A stretch of 64,000 nucleotides of DNA from Candidatus Algichlamydia australiensis (GTDB lineage Bacteria > Chlamydiota > Chlamydiia > Chlamydiales > JAJFMI01). The DNA is taken from contig JAXCHI010000001.1 of the NCBI GenBank assembly GCA_033977065.1, positions 2,337 to 66,336 on the forward strand. The letters are read 5' to 3'. The translations under genes and the position numbers were made by a program. A model generated the notes under the pieces. That model had not been told where the DNA came from. It did not search any database and saw only the letters and a list, made by a program, of their open reading frames with translations. Of the stretch, positions 47,501-56,574 are shown piece after piece (position 1 is the first letter of the stretch; every line of letters starts with the position of its first letter).

Positions 47501-49722
47501 TAGGTAAAGGTTTCAGTTGTTTGATCGGGATAGGTTGTTTGGATGATTTGGTTGCGAACGTTGTAGTGATGGGTTGTGCGGTTTCCTCTTGGATCGATGA
47601 TTTCAATTGGGTTATTTAAGCTATCGTAGGTGGTTTTTGTGGTGGCGATTTCGTTGCTTTCTAGTGTGAGGTTGCTGCGTGTGTCGTATTGGTATTGAGT
47701 CGTGAGGCCGTAGGGGTCTGTTGTTGTGATTCGTTGGCCTAATGGATTGTAGGTATGCTGGGTTGTATGGGAGATGTTTGGGGCCCCGGTTTGTGTTTCA
47801 GTGAGAAGGTTGCTTTCTTGATCGTAGGTGTATTGGGTGGTGAGGTTTTTGGCGGGCTCGCTTTTGGTTATGCACTGATCAAGGGTGCTGTAGGTGTAGC
47901 TGGTCATTTCGCCAAGTGGATTGGTTTCTTGGATGAGGTTGCCGTGGAGGTCGTAGGTATAGGTTAGGGTATAGCAGAGGGTGTTATTCGCGTCGAATAT
48001 CTCTTTGGTTTCAACTTTGCATTGCTGGTTATAGGTGAGTTGGGTTGTTTTTAGGGTCTTCTCTTTAGAGGATTTGGGGTCCCAGTAGCTCTCTCGGATT
48101 TTGATGGGCAGGTGTGTGGCGGGGCCTTCTTGGGCGAGTTCGTAGCGTGTGATGGTGCGTTCTGTAACGCTTTCTAAGTCCGTGGGATCTTCGCTGTTGC
48201 CATCATCGAGAATTTTTTCATTTAGGTTGTTGTATTCATCGTATGAAAAGAATTCACGAGTAACGATTTGTCCTTCGTTTGAGGTAAGTTTTGATGTGGG
48301 AAGGTTTGTCTTTTTATAATAAGTAATTTTTGTGGTTTTTCCAGAGGGTTCTTGGATGAGGATGGGGAAATTTTCGTAGTTGTATTCGTAGGTTGTGGTA
48401 GTAGAGGGACCGCTAATTGGGAGTTCGTTTTTATCTAATTCGATAGGCGATGGGTCGTTTCCAGATAGGTTGCCCCAGAGGGTTTCTGTGGAGATGTTGT
48501 GGTGGTGGTCGTAGGTGTATGTGATGGCTTTGATACAGTTGCCATTAGGATCGAATGTGAGGATAGCAAGGAGGTTACCGAGTACTGTGTTGCGCGTTCC
48601 GTAAATGTAGCGCGTTTCGCTAGCATCGGGATGGACAATTTTGTAGGGGCGGTTATTACCTCTTGGCTGGTAGGAGGTTGTGTTACCCAAACAGTCAGTT
48701 ACAAGGGTTTGCTTGGGATTTTTCCCTGCTTTTTGCTTGTATTTGAATGTGTAGATGGGGGCGCTTGATGCTGATGTGTAGAGCTCTTGCACTTTGTCAA
48801 ATGCAAGTTTTGCGTGTGTAAGCGGTCCCTGATTGGTCAGCTGTCTTGTAATGCTGTGTGGGGTTGTGATGGCGATCTCTTCAGGAGTGTGTTCTGAGAC
48901 AGCTCTGGTGAGTGTTCCGTTATTAAAGTAGTAGGTAATGCTCTGCCCATTGCTCGTTTCTATGGTTTTGATACCTGGTCTGTTACTGATCGTAATCCAG
49001 CCATATTCGATTTTTTTATTTTCTTTATCGTTAGTGCCTGTAATTAAAATTTTTCGTAAATGACTCTTGCTATCATATTCGTAGAAGATTTTATTCCCAT
49101 TAGGAAGTATTTCTTCCTTTAACAAAAAGAGTTTACCAGCAGCGATGCGTTTATTTGGCAGGTCTACTCTTGAAGATCTCTTTTTGCTGATTTTAGTGCA
49201 GTTGTAGATTCTCTTTGTCCCATCTCCAAAGGAAATTTCATAAGATTTTTTCTTTTTGTTGTATTGACCTTTGATGTTTCTAGTATTTGTTTGGCCGCTA
49301 ATCACTCCTCTGTGGGTGTTGACTAGGTGGGCGGTGTGGGTTTTGTAGTCGAGCATATAGGATGACCTATCACTCTCTATGGGTCTGAGTTTGATCGGAA
49401 GTCCTAGCTCATCTTTAAAGTGCAGCTTTTTTTGTCTCACTTTTTTCTTTTGCCTGCCGTCTTTGTTGATGACTCCCACTTTTTGTATCTCTTCAAGTCT
49501 TACATGGGGGAAAAACTTCCAATCTGTTTGGGATGTGTAGATTCGTGTGATGGGATAAGGTTGAGCGCAATTGAGAATCAGATCAGTTTCAACAGCAAAG
49601 TATTCGCCTGTGATCGCGTTAACGCAGCCAGCTACGGTGAAATTGGGATCGTTGTCGAGAGGAGTGTCGACTGTTGAGAAAAGGGTCGTTAGAATTAGGG
49701 CAAAAATAGAGAGTATTTTCAT
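44515..49722 (-). CDS. rhs: RHS/YD-repeat polymorphic toxin with signal peptide and C-terminal colicin E5/DUF4258-like RNase
   Basis: VNAITGEY N-domain, many YxYD repeats, core end PWRYQSKR...GRFLTPDP...NLYAY..NNPL...DFYGL, tip HGLNQAIGR...AILDAV..P...VVLN..GKIIT. Confidence 0.93.
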   Translation of the reverse strand: MKILSIFALILTTLFSTVDTPLDNDPNFTVAGCVNAITGEYFAVETDLILNCAQPYPITRIYTSQTDWKFFPHVRLEEIQKVGVINKDGRQKKKVRQKKLHFKDELGLPIKLRPIESDRSSYMLDYKTHTAHLVNTHRGVISGQTNTRNIKGQYNKKKKSYEISFGDGTKRIYNCTKISKKRSSRVDLPNKRIAAGKLFLLKEEILPNGNKIFYEYDSKSHLRKILITGTNDKENKKIEYGWITISNRPGIKTIETSNGQSITYYFNNGTLTRAVSEHTPEEIAITTPHSITRQLTNQGPLTHAKLAFDKVQELYTSASSAPIYTFKYKQKAGKNPKQTLVTDCLGNTTSYQPRGNNRPYKIVHPDASETRYIYGTRNTVLGNLLAILTFDPNGNCIKAITYTYDHHHNISTETLWGNLSGNDPSPIELDKNELPISGPSTTTTYEYNYENFPILIQEPSGKTTKITYYKKTNLPTSKLTSNEGQIVTREFFSYDEYNNLNEKILDDGNSEDPTDLESVTERTITRYELAQEGPATHLPIKIRESYWDPKSSKEKTLKTTQLTYNQQCKVETKEIFDANNTLCYTLTYTYDLHGNLIQETNPLGEMTSYTYSTLDQCITKSEPAKNLTTQYTYDQESNLLTETQTGAPNISHTTQHTYNPLGQRITTTDPYGLTTQYQYDTRSNLTLESNEIATTKTTYDSLNNPIEIIDPRGNRTTHHYNVRNQIIQTTYPDQTTETFTYDPAGNLIKQVDKCSRQIYTTYDYANRPLTKKLLSSTNKLLSEESTTYNSFHKLSHLDQGNRLTTYTYDPAGRLTQETFLDQTTTYTYDTLSRIETKTQNEQRTLYTYDSQNQILAESEIDLAENPTIYSETTYTYDAHGNANTITKGDSTDIYEYDPLNRLTSHTNPLGHTTTITYNQLTKTTLDPENRQLEQTYNSHGQLLATTHLSKTGTPLHKEHYERDSSGNLLTHTITIFDPNGPARTTTLAYTYDKMNRLTSQTESGEKTTIYTYTPDGQEQTITKPDGTLIEKTYDEKGRHIDTTAPNLHYTFTYDNLDRCIKANDHTHNTTTTRTYDSYDNLLTETLNNGLTLTSSYSADNRRKTLTFPDNRTATYTYDPYHLTSITFNSYTHTYTQYNEHHTPQTETLIANLGTQTHTYDLLNCEIKRKSPYQKEAHKSFDKAGNLTSRILDNQTTTYTYNDLNQLTQENKDQYTYDSLHNRLSKNDDSYEITSLNQISTTDDFNFEYDPNGNPTSAETNSTNIKYKYDALDRLIQIKTPITKTTYTYDPWHRRTSQQTSHKQNNEWIEHPPQYYIYDGDNEIGLVENGTITQLRILGLGHGAEIGASILIELNHQTYLPLHSLTGDITTLIDIHTKQPLESYYFTAFGEEQTTTTHNPWRYQSKRTDHNLVYFGRRYYSPTLGRFLTPDPKSYTEGPNLYAYLNNNPLTHFDFYGLEDKIRSTAQTSEALVYLNTYSPHFNYFSPLPPIGKKEDWFHANSNLTFAQKVGNAIGSPFVQGSMKFASGCFEAWIGGSIILKTLGAGSVVGWPILMHGLDQAFSGISTIAYNQRMRTGSCQLMEMSGIDPNAAAFIDDLTTVAFTAGGTQVLLAGSRSVPVMAATYARSPIGQTPSIYIHEKSCISNKITGYKKHGLNQAIGRDGGRGVNAKAILDAVQFPKKIVFQSDKAVRYVGKEATVVLNSEGKIITAFGKARGVQVWNRSGVVQTRETLINK

Positions 49723-49728
49723 ACTTCC

Positions 49729-50040
49729 TCAGGAGTTTTGAGGAAGTGTATCAACCTTGGAAAATTTGGTCCAGCTGATAGTTATTTCATTGGGAATGAT
49801 TCTGAGTGAACACTCTCTCAGCTTAGGCAAAAGAGGCTTTAACCCGAGGAGGATTTCTGCTTTGGAGAAGGGAGTATTCACTTAATAGCTAATGGGCTTA
49901 AATACTCATCGTAGAAATTCTTATTTTTTGAGAAATTCAAGGAGTGGAGTGCTTTTAAGTGGGTGTTTTTCTAGATAGTAATCAATGAAATTTATGTGGT
50001 GTTCCTCGCTTTTTTCAAAGGGAGATATTCCAATTTTTTA
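49729..50040 (-). pseudogene. Possible decayed ORF upstream of rhs
   Basis: Protein-like stretches in shifting frames (IGISPFEKSEEHHINFIDYY..., VNTPFSKAEILLGLKP...). The last 50-codon piece (49729-49881) stops just before rhs. Confidence 0.3.
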
Positions 50041-50125
50041 GGCTGTCTAAAAATGAAGGGTCTTTTCAAGAAAAAATCTAATATATTATGATGACGCTCC
50101 AGGGGGAAATGATAGGCCACTCAAA

Positions 50126-50689
50126 ATGATGATCGAACTTTATGACCACAAATCATCTTATGAAACACACCTACAGAATCTTATCAGTGTACAGGGTGAG
50201 ATGATTCTGACTACGCTAGCGGTATTGATCCTCTCTTTTGTTGTCTCGAGGGCTCTCTTCCACGTTTTTGGAAGCTTAACTTTTTTCCACTACTCAGCTT
50301 TATTGATCTTAATCACAGGTCTGCTTCTTCTTGGGTATCAGCTCAAAAAAGCTAGAAAACTAGAGCAAGAAACTGTAAACGCCCTTGTTCAAGGGATGAA
50401 ATTAGAGAAAGAGAGTGAGCAAAAGAAGTATTTCAGAGACGCAACAAAATCGTATCGTAAGGAGCGTAAATTTATCGTAAGAATAGCCTGTTTTTTGGGT
50501 TTAAGTTGGTTAATACTTTCTTGGGTTAAGACTATATTAGCTGCCTCTGGGGCTTCTGAAGAGCAATGTTTTTTGTATGTAGTTGTCTCAAGTGCTCTCT
50601 TAGGATTTTTTGCTTCGCTTTTAATTTCATATGTAACCACTCCTTTTAGAACTCTAACTCGTGAGCTCAAGAATATGCCTTCACTTTAG
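50126..50689 (+). CDS. 4-TM membrane protein
   Basis: Same architecture as 38001-38606. Confidence 0.65.
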   Translation: MMIELYDHKSSYETHLQNLISVQGEMILTTLAVLILSFVVSRALFHVFGSLTFFHYSALLILITGLLLLGYQLKKARKLEQETVNALVQGMKLEKESEQKKYFRDATKSYRKERKFIVRIACFLGLSWLILSWVKTILAASGASEEQCFLYVVVSSALLGFFASLLISYVTTPFRTLTRELKNMPSL

Positions 50690-50896
50690 TGTTAGAATTA
50701 AAGTCTGTGACAGGTGAAAAACAGTTCCGGAACGAATGCGTGATTAACATACATGGCACGCCTTTTCATTTTAGTCAACTTAATGGCATTGCAACAGCAA
50801 ACCTCATTAATTGCATGCGTAACAATGAGAACTACAAAAATTTATATTCCATATCAAAATTTTTCAGTCTAGTTTGTTTAATTTATATTTTTCTGA

Positions 50897-52399
50897 CTAT
50901 TGAGCGCTCATTGACTCCTTGCCGCTTGCTTTTTTGAATTCTTTTCCAAGGTTCTTGACAGCCCAAATCCACCCGCATACTACAATTGCTACCATTGGGG
51001 TAAGGAGCATAGTCGCGTTTAAGATATTGCCACCTGCAAAAGTATCAAGCAAGCCTGTTTGGAGCCAAGATGAACCAGATTTTCCAAGGCGAGACCCAAC
51101 CACATCAATAGCTGCTTTTCCTTTGACTTTGGATTCGGAGTCTAGTGGAATAAAGGCCATCTCCTTAGTAGGGTCAAATAGGGAATACTTCATTGTTTTG
51201 CTTGCAATACTTTGGAGTGCTCCGACAGTAACAATAAGGCCTAGGGGGGAAATACCGAGCAAAACAGGTGTCCAACCGAGGTGATCCTTTGCGGTTGCAA
51301 GAAGGAGGAACAGAACTCCTGTTCCTCCAACCACCAGAGGTGTAACCATTGCAGTGATTGTCCAACCAAACTTACGAAGAATGTTTCCACCAGCAAAGAC
51401 AGCCATAATTAGCGGAAAAAATCCGCAGAAGAAGCTGATCTTTCCCATAAATTGCTGGTATTGATTTGAGTCGGGATAGAGCATTTTAGAGCTTGCTTTC
51501 CAGGCAATTTCTGCTAAGCTGATCGCTAAACCATAGCTGATTACCATAATGGCTAAGCACATTAAGTATTTAGAGGATAAGATGAATTTAAAACTCTCTT
51601 TGATAGAGAGGCTAGGCTTTTCCTTTTTTAACTTTTGGCGGCTCTCACTTGAGAGGCATTTTTCGTCTGTTAGGACGTACCGATTCATCCACCAGTAAAT
51701 TCCGGCTATTGCTAATCCTACCAAGATAGCTAGGAAGCAAACTTGTTGGACGGTGTTTACGTAGTCTCCTCCTATGTTTTTTGTGGCAATTTTTGCAACA
51801 AACAAACCACCTAACATGGGTCCAAAGTCTCCCGCTGCTGTAAATAGAGTGTAAAACCTTTTGGCTTGATTCAACGGGGTGATGTAGTTCGCATAGGTCC
51901 AAAAAAGGAGCATGATTACCACCTGGCCCCATAGCTCGGCAACCACAAAAAAGATAGAATTCATCCAGCTATAAATAGGGGCTACCCAGTGAGAATGGCC
52001 TTCACCTAATAGCGCAAAAAGTTTTGCGCATAGCTCGTGAGGAGTGAAAAATTCTTGATTTGGGTAGAGGACGTAGCCAAATAGAAAAAAGAATATTAAA
52101 AATGGTGCAAGGGATGTATATACTAGTTTTTGCAAAGAGAGCTTGTTGCTTAATTTCGTATAAATCAGCAGAACAAGTAGAGCCGATGGAAGGACAACCC
52201 ACCCTTTTAAGATGGCAACAACTTCCGCTCCAGAGTGTTTTCCTGTAATGATCAGAGTGTCTTTCGTTGTTGCTAGGATAACAAAATTTATAGAGACCAA
52301 GAATTTTAAAAGAAATAAGGGAAGGAATTTCTTGAGTTCAGAGCGATGGATAGGCCAAAGGCGAGATCTCCATTTACTAAAAATGAGTTCCTTTTCCAT
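50897..52399 (-). CDS. tlc: ATP/ADP translocase (NTT/TLC family nucleotide transporter)
   Basis: LWPIHRSELKKFLPL, KDTLI, AELWG, KYSLFDPTKEMAFIPLD..K.KGKAAIDVVG.RLGKSG. Confidence 0.96.
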   Translation of the reverse strand: MEKELIFSKWRSRLWPIHRSELKKFLPLFLLKFLVSINFVILATTKDTLIITGKHSGAEVVAILKGWVVLPSALLVLLIYTKLSNKLSLQKLVYTSLAPFLIFFFLFGYVLYPNQEFFTPHELCAKLFALLGEGHSHWVAPIYSWMNSIFFVVAELWGQVVIMLLFWTYANYITPLNQAKRFYTLFTAAGDFGPMLGGLFVAKIATKNIGGDYVNTVQQVCFLAILVGLAIAGIYWWMNRYVLTDEKCLSSESRQKLKKEKPSLSIKESFKFILSSKYLMCLAIMVISYGLAISLAEIAWKASSKMLYPDSNQYQQFMGKISFFCGFFPLIMAVFAGGNILRKFGWTITAMVTPLVVGGTGVLFLLLATAKDHLGWTPVLLGISPLGLIVTVGALQSIASKTMKYSLFDPTKEMAFIPLDSESKVKGKAAIDVVGSRLGKSGSSWLQTGLLDTFAGGNILNATMLLTPMVAIVVCGWIWAVKNLGKEFKKASGKESMSAQ

Positions 52400-52521
52400 T
52401 AGAATTTATTAAAGTCTTCTGTTCATCCTAGCATCTTATGCTTAAAAACTACAAGAAAAACAAAAATATATAAAATATTAAGAGTAATAAAATTCTCTAA
52501 AACCAAACTATTAATTCGCAT

Positions 52522-53658
52522 TTATCTTGATAAATGCAAGAGGTAGGACTTAGCTGCATTTTCTAAAAATTCTCTTTTTGTTACCTGCCGAACTCTCTTG
52601 TCATCGATGCAAAAACACTTATCTCCCAAATTCAGGTAATAGATATAGTGTCCATAATCAACAGTATGACCCAGATGCTGTACATAGCCCAGTATAGAAA
52701 ATTTGTTGCCACTTATATCAATAGAGTTTTCTTTTCCAATGTCCAAATATCCAATTTTCTTAGCTGAACTTTCACCTTCTGCCCAGTCCAGTCGAAAATA
52801 GAGGTCTTTTGCACTTTCAAGTAAAATCCTTTTCTGAGACATCGCTTGATTTTCATGGTCATCTGAATCAGAAAAGTAGCGATCAATAGCGCTTTTTAAA
52901 GAGCCATCTTCTGCATCAAAACCCAAAGTGTGCAGCCACTCTTGATCCTCTACAGAGTAAGAAAAACTATCATCGTGTTTGGAAAAATGCTTTATTTCTG
53001 TTGTAGGTTCTATAGAAAAGGAGTCAGCAAGCTTTCGGAGAAAATCAGCACTGTCATTTTGAACGTCCTTATCATATTTAAACAATTCACGAATTCTTTC
53101 TGAATCTAGAGCAACTTCTCCTTCTCTATAATTTTCAAAAAAATCGTTAAATTCAGCAACCCTTATACAGTTGTTTTTAGGTCTCTCTTCTGTAAAAATT
53201 TTACCTAAAGGGGAATGAATAACAAACTGTAGTGCTGCATTAAGAAAGCAGTTGCTCCCGACGTTTCGAATTCCTTGTGGTGGGATTATGCTTTTTCTTC
53301 TCGTTTCAATATCTGCAATAGCAATATCTTTATTGATGAGTAATACCTGCGAAAGCTTGGAATCTACTACAGAAGTCGTCCTTGCTCCTGTCTCTTGAGG
53401 CGTCCAGTCTGCAATTTTTTTGTAGGGAGTGGGCTTTCCGCTAGCACATGAGTTGTTTTCAGTGTAGAATCCCTTTCCTATAGCACAAAAGAGAGTCTCA
53501 TTATTAATAATTTTTTCTTTAAATAAGGAGTAAGTTTTAGAATTTCTTTCTAAGTAAGCTTTCAGGACTTCTCCCTGCTCTTTTGCAGCAGCAGGCGATT
53601 CGAGTGAACCAAGAGAGTAATTTTCCCCTTGAATTTGTATCGATATTTTATAAATCAT
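52522..53658 (-). CDS. USP/peptidase C19-like deubiquitinase
   Basis: Cys box GIRNVGSNCFLNAALQ, QNDSADFL, His box QHLG...GHYI...IDD..V. Confidence 0.85.
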   Translation of the reverse strand: MIYKISIQIQGENYSLGSLESPAAAKEQGEVLKAYLERNSKTYSLFKEKIINNETLFCAIGKGFYTENNSCASGKPTPYKKIADWTPQETGARTTSVVDSKLSQVLLINKDIAIADIETRRKSIIPPQGIRNVGSNCFLNAALQFVIHSPLGKIFTEERPKNNCIRVAEFNDFFENYREGEVALDSERIRELFKYDKDVQNDSADFLRKLADSFSIEPTTEIKHFSKHDDSFSYSVEDQEWLHTLGFDAEDGSLKSAIDRYFSDSDDHENQAMSQKRILLESAKDLYFRLDWAEGESSAKKIGYLDIGKENSIDISGNKFSILGYVQHLGHTVDYGHYIYYLNLGDKCFCIDDKRVRQVTKREFLENAAKSYLLHLSR

Positions 53659-54078
53659 TATATTGCCATTTTTTACTAATTGTTTAATTATAACACTAAT
53701 TTAAATAACGATAAATATATAAAAATTAATAGATAAATACAATTTTTTAAAATAAATAGAAAAATATGAGATGATTATGGAAGTGATCAATCTCTATCCT
53801 AAAACGATGGCAAATGCATTAGAGCATATCACTAATCGTGCATAGGTGAAGATTTTTCTCCTCAGGATAGTTTTACTTACCCCAAACGCAATATCGCTAT
53901 CTATCTGATCTTCTGAAGGGACACAAAAATTAAACTATGTGTTTTGAGGAAATCAAGTAAGTCGTCTCGTTTGTGATAAAAATATTTTGCGAAGTCCTTC
54001 TGGTTTATCAACTAATATTTTTTGTATAGAAAACTGATGGGAGGTAAGTTATAATAGGGGCACAGATAAGGCTGGAAG

Positions 54079-55683
54079 ATGATAAAAAAACTACCTATAG
54101 GGATTCAAAGTATTCGAGAAATCTTAGAAGAGGGTTGCATTTACGTTGATAAAACAGGGTTTGCAAAAGACTTAATAGATAATGGTAAACATTACTTTAT
54201 GTCCCGTCCAAGAAGGTTTGGAAAATCTCTGTTTCTTAATACAATTGAAGAGATTTTCAAAGGAAATAAAGAACTCTTTAAAGGGCTTAAAATTTACGAA
54301 AGTAAATACAATTGGCAGAAGCATCCAGTTCTATATTTTGACTTTGCGCAGATTCTAAACACGCATCCAGAGCAACTAGAGCTTGGATTAAAAGCTGAAT
54401 TGCAAAGAATGGGGAAATCACATGGCATTGCCGTAGAAGGACCATCCGTGCAATTTCAGCTGAAGGTACTGATAGAAGATTTATCTCAAAAAAGCCGAGT
54501 GGTTGTTTTAGTGGATGAGTATGACAGTGCAATTATAAATAACCTGAAGCAGCCTGAAATTGCTGAGAAGAATCGAAATATTATGAAAGGTTTTTTTGCG
54601 ACTCTGAAAGGCTTGGATCGTTACCTTAAATTTACCTTTGTTACTGGAGTAAGCAAATTTTCACAAGTATCACTTTTCTCAGGTCCGAATAATTTAACAG
54701 ATATAACAATGGATTCAAGATATGCTGCCATGATGGGATATACAGAAGACGAGCTGAAAAGAAACTTTACTGGTTATATCCAAAAAATTGCTAAAGAAAG
54801 AGGCGAACACGAGAATATTGCAAAAGAAGAACTGATTGTAAAAGAAGTTCGTGATTGGTACAACGGATATCGGTTCTCAGAAGAAGATCTCTCTGTTTAC
54901 AACCCATACTCAACCCTTCTATTTTTTAATACAGCAAAGCCTAAGAGTTATTGGTACAGGAGTGGAACACCCTCATTCCTAATTGATCAAATTAATAACC
55001 GCCCGCAATCAATTATCCCGCTTAGAGGAATGTCTGCAATAGAGAGCACACTTTCAGATATAAGCAGAGTGGATAGAATCAATCTCGCTGCACTGATGTT
55101 TCAGACTGGGTATCTAACCATTAAGGGGTATAAACCTGAAGAGAGATCATACCAGTTAGACTTCCCAAATAGGGAAGTGAAAGATGCTTTTTTTAGCTCT
55201 CTTTTGCAAGAGTTTACAGAAATTGATCCAGTCGAAATTAGCCGCAGTGCTTTAGGGATAAAGCAGAGTTTAGAAGCTTTGGATATCCCTAAATTTGTAG
55301 ATATCATCAATACGCATTTTGCTAAGATGCCTTACCATGTTTTTGGGCACGCAAAAGAAAGCTTTTACCAAGCGGTCTTTTTTACATTTCTGGAAACTGC
55401 AGGGATCAGAACGAGCTCTGAAATTGCAACGAATATTGGTCGTATAGACCTTATGACTGAAACTCCAGAAGTAGTCTGTATTTTCGAGCTTAAGCTTGAT
55501 AAAACAGCAGATATTGCCCTAACTCAGGCAGAGACAAAAAAATACAGAGAGCGATTTGCTTATAGCACTAAAAACACAGCAGTATTTGGAATCAATTTTT
55601 CTTCCAAGACGCGCAATATTAGTGATTGGAAAGGAAAAATTTACTCTAATAATGGTAATTTTGTAAAAGATTTGTCTACTTGA
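54079..55683 (+). CDS. AAA-ATPase-like protein with C-terminal PD-(D/E)XK nuclease domain
   Basis: LPIGIQS, YVDKT, SRPRRFGKSL, LVDEYD, TGVSKF, YNGY.F, GRIDL...IFELK. Confidence 0.93.
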   Translation: MIKKLPIGIQSIREILEEGCIYVDKTGFAKDLIDNGKHYFMSRPRRFGKSLFLNTIEEIFKGNKELFKGLKIYESKYNWQKHPVLYFDFAQILNTHPEQLELGLKAELQRMGKSHGIAVEGPSVQFQLKVLIEDLSQKSRVVVLVDEYDSAIINNLKQPEIAEKNRNIMKGFFATLKGLDRYLKFTFVTGVSKFSQVSLFSGPNNLTDITMDSRYAAMMGYTEDELKRNFTGYIQKIAKERGEHENIAKEELIVKEVRDWYNGYRFSEEDLSVYNPYSTLLFFNTAKPKSYWYRSGTPSFLIDQINNRPQSIIPLRGMSAIESTLSDISRVDRINLAALMFQTGYLTIKGYKPEERSYQLDFPNREVKDAFFSSLLQEFTEIDPVEISRSALGIKQSLEALDIPKFVDIINTHFAKMPYHVFGHAKESFYQAVFFTFLETAGIRTSSEIATNIGRIDLMTETPEVVCIFELKLDKTADIALTQAETKKYRERFAYSTKNTAVFGINFSSKTRNISDWKGKIYSNNGNFVKDLST

Positions 55684-55879
55684 GCATTGTCATATGCTTA
55701 TGCCTGTTCAGAAGAACCTGCGGATAGTTTAATGGTCTTGGCTTTTGAGAAGGCCTTGGCATTGCTATCGTCTAAGGTTCTGTAGATCTTTTATTGAGAT
55801 ATCAGGAGTGGCTAACTGTATAATTAGACTTGGGTTATGAAGCTATAATGTTTCTAAAGGGGATGGCTATAGCATGGGC

Positions 55880-56392
55880 CTAAAATCCAATGCCATAGCG
55901 AAAAACTACGCATGGAAATACTGCGACATCTCCTTTTGGTGTAATAATTACAGGTGAGCCTTGGACTTCTATAAAACGTCTCTTCCCTGAGCTACTGATG
56001 CGCTGATGACCAAATACAAATTCTGGTGAGAATGCCTGTGCCTTTATTCGCCCTTTTGAAGGAATTTCTGCTTGCCCCTCTTCTAATCCTATGCCCGCTC
56101 CAATATAAACCTGGCCTTGTAGCTTTGGCTTGGGATAGTAGAGATAGGTGAGGTTAGATTTTAAAAAGAAGCTGCGTGGTAAACCCATTCCTTGAACTCC
56201 TACATCGAGTCCGTTATGCCCAAACTGGAGGCGGCATCCTAGACCTACAACTGGAAGAGTGAATGGTCGCGTAAAGCACCCTATAACAAAATAGGCGTAA
56301 CTGTCTTTTGGCTTTTCAAACATGAGGTCCTCGTCAGCCTGTAAAACATAGGTTGAGAAGATAGTCAAAAAGAAAATAAGTAATTTTTTCAT
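55880..56392 (-). CDS. Small outer-membrane beta-barrel-like protein
   Basis: Signal peptide, amphipathic beta strands, C-terminal YGIGF. Confidence 0.6.
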   Translation of the reverse strand: MKKLLIFFLTIFSTYVLQADEDLMFEKPKDSYAYFVIGCFTRPFTLPVVGLGCRLQFGHNGLDVGVQGMGLPRSFFLKSNLTYLYYPKPKLQGQVYIGAGIGLEEGQAEIPSKGRIKAQAFSPEFVFGHQRISSSGKRRFIEVQGSPVIITPKGDVAVFPCVVFRYGIGF

Positions 56393-56574
56393 TAAAACGA
56401 ACCTTAACGCTTTGTTAATACAATGATAATAAATCGACTTATTTAATAATGAAAGTAAAATAAAATATCTGTTTTATAAATATTTAAATTACAAATTAGA
56501 ATAGAGTTGTTTTTAATGATGTGTATAAAAATTTAAAGAAGCGCTTTAGTGAGTTGGTTGAGGGGATTGAAAGC

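Noticed and set aside
45375-48768. Many Val/Gly-rich plus-strand ORFs opposite rhs
   Set aside because: They are antisense shadows caused by the strong strand skew of the YD repeats.
50689-50937. 82-aa plus-strand ORF after the 4-TM gene
   Set aside because: TTG start, overlaps the NTT 3' end, and has no motif; likely spurious.
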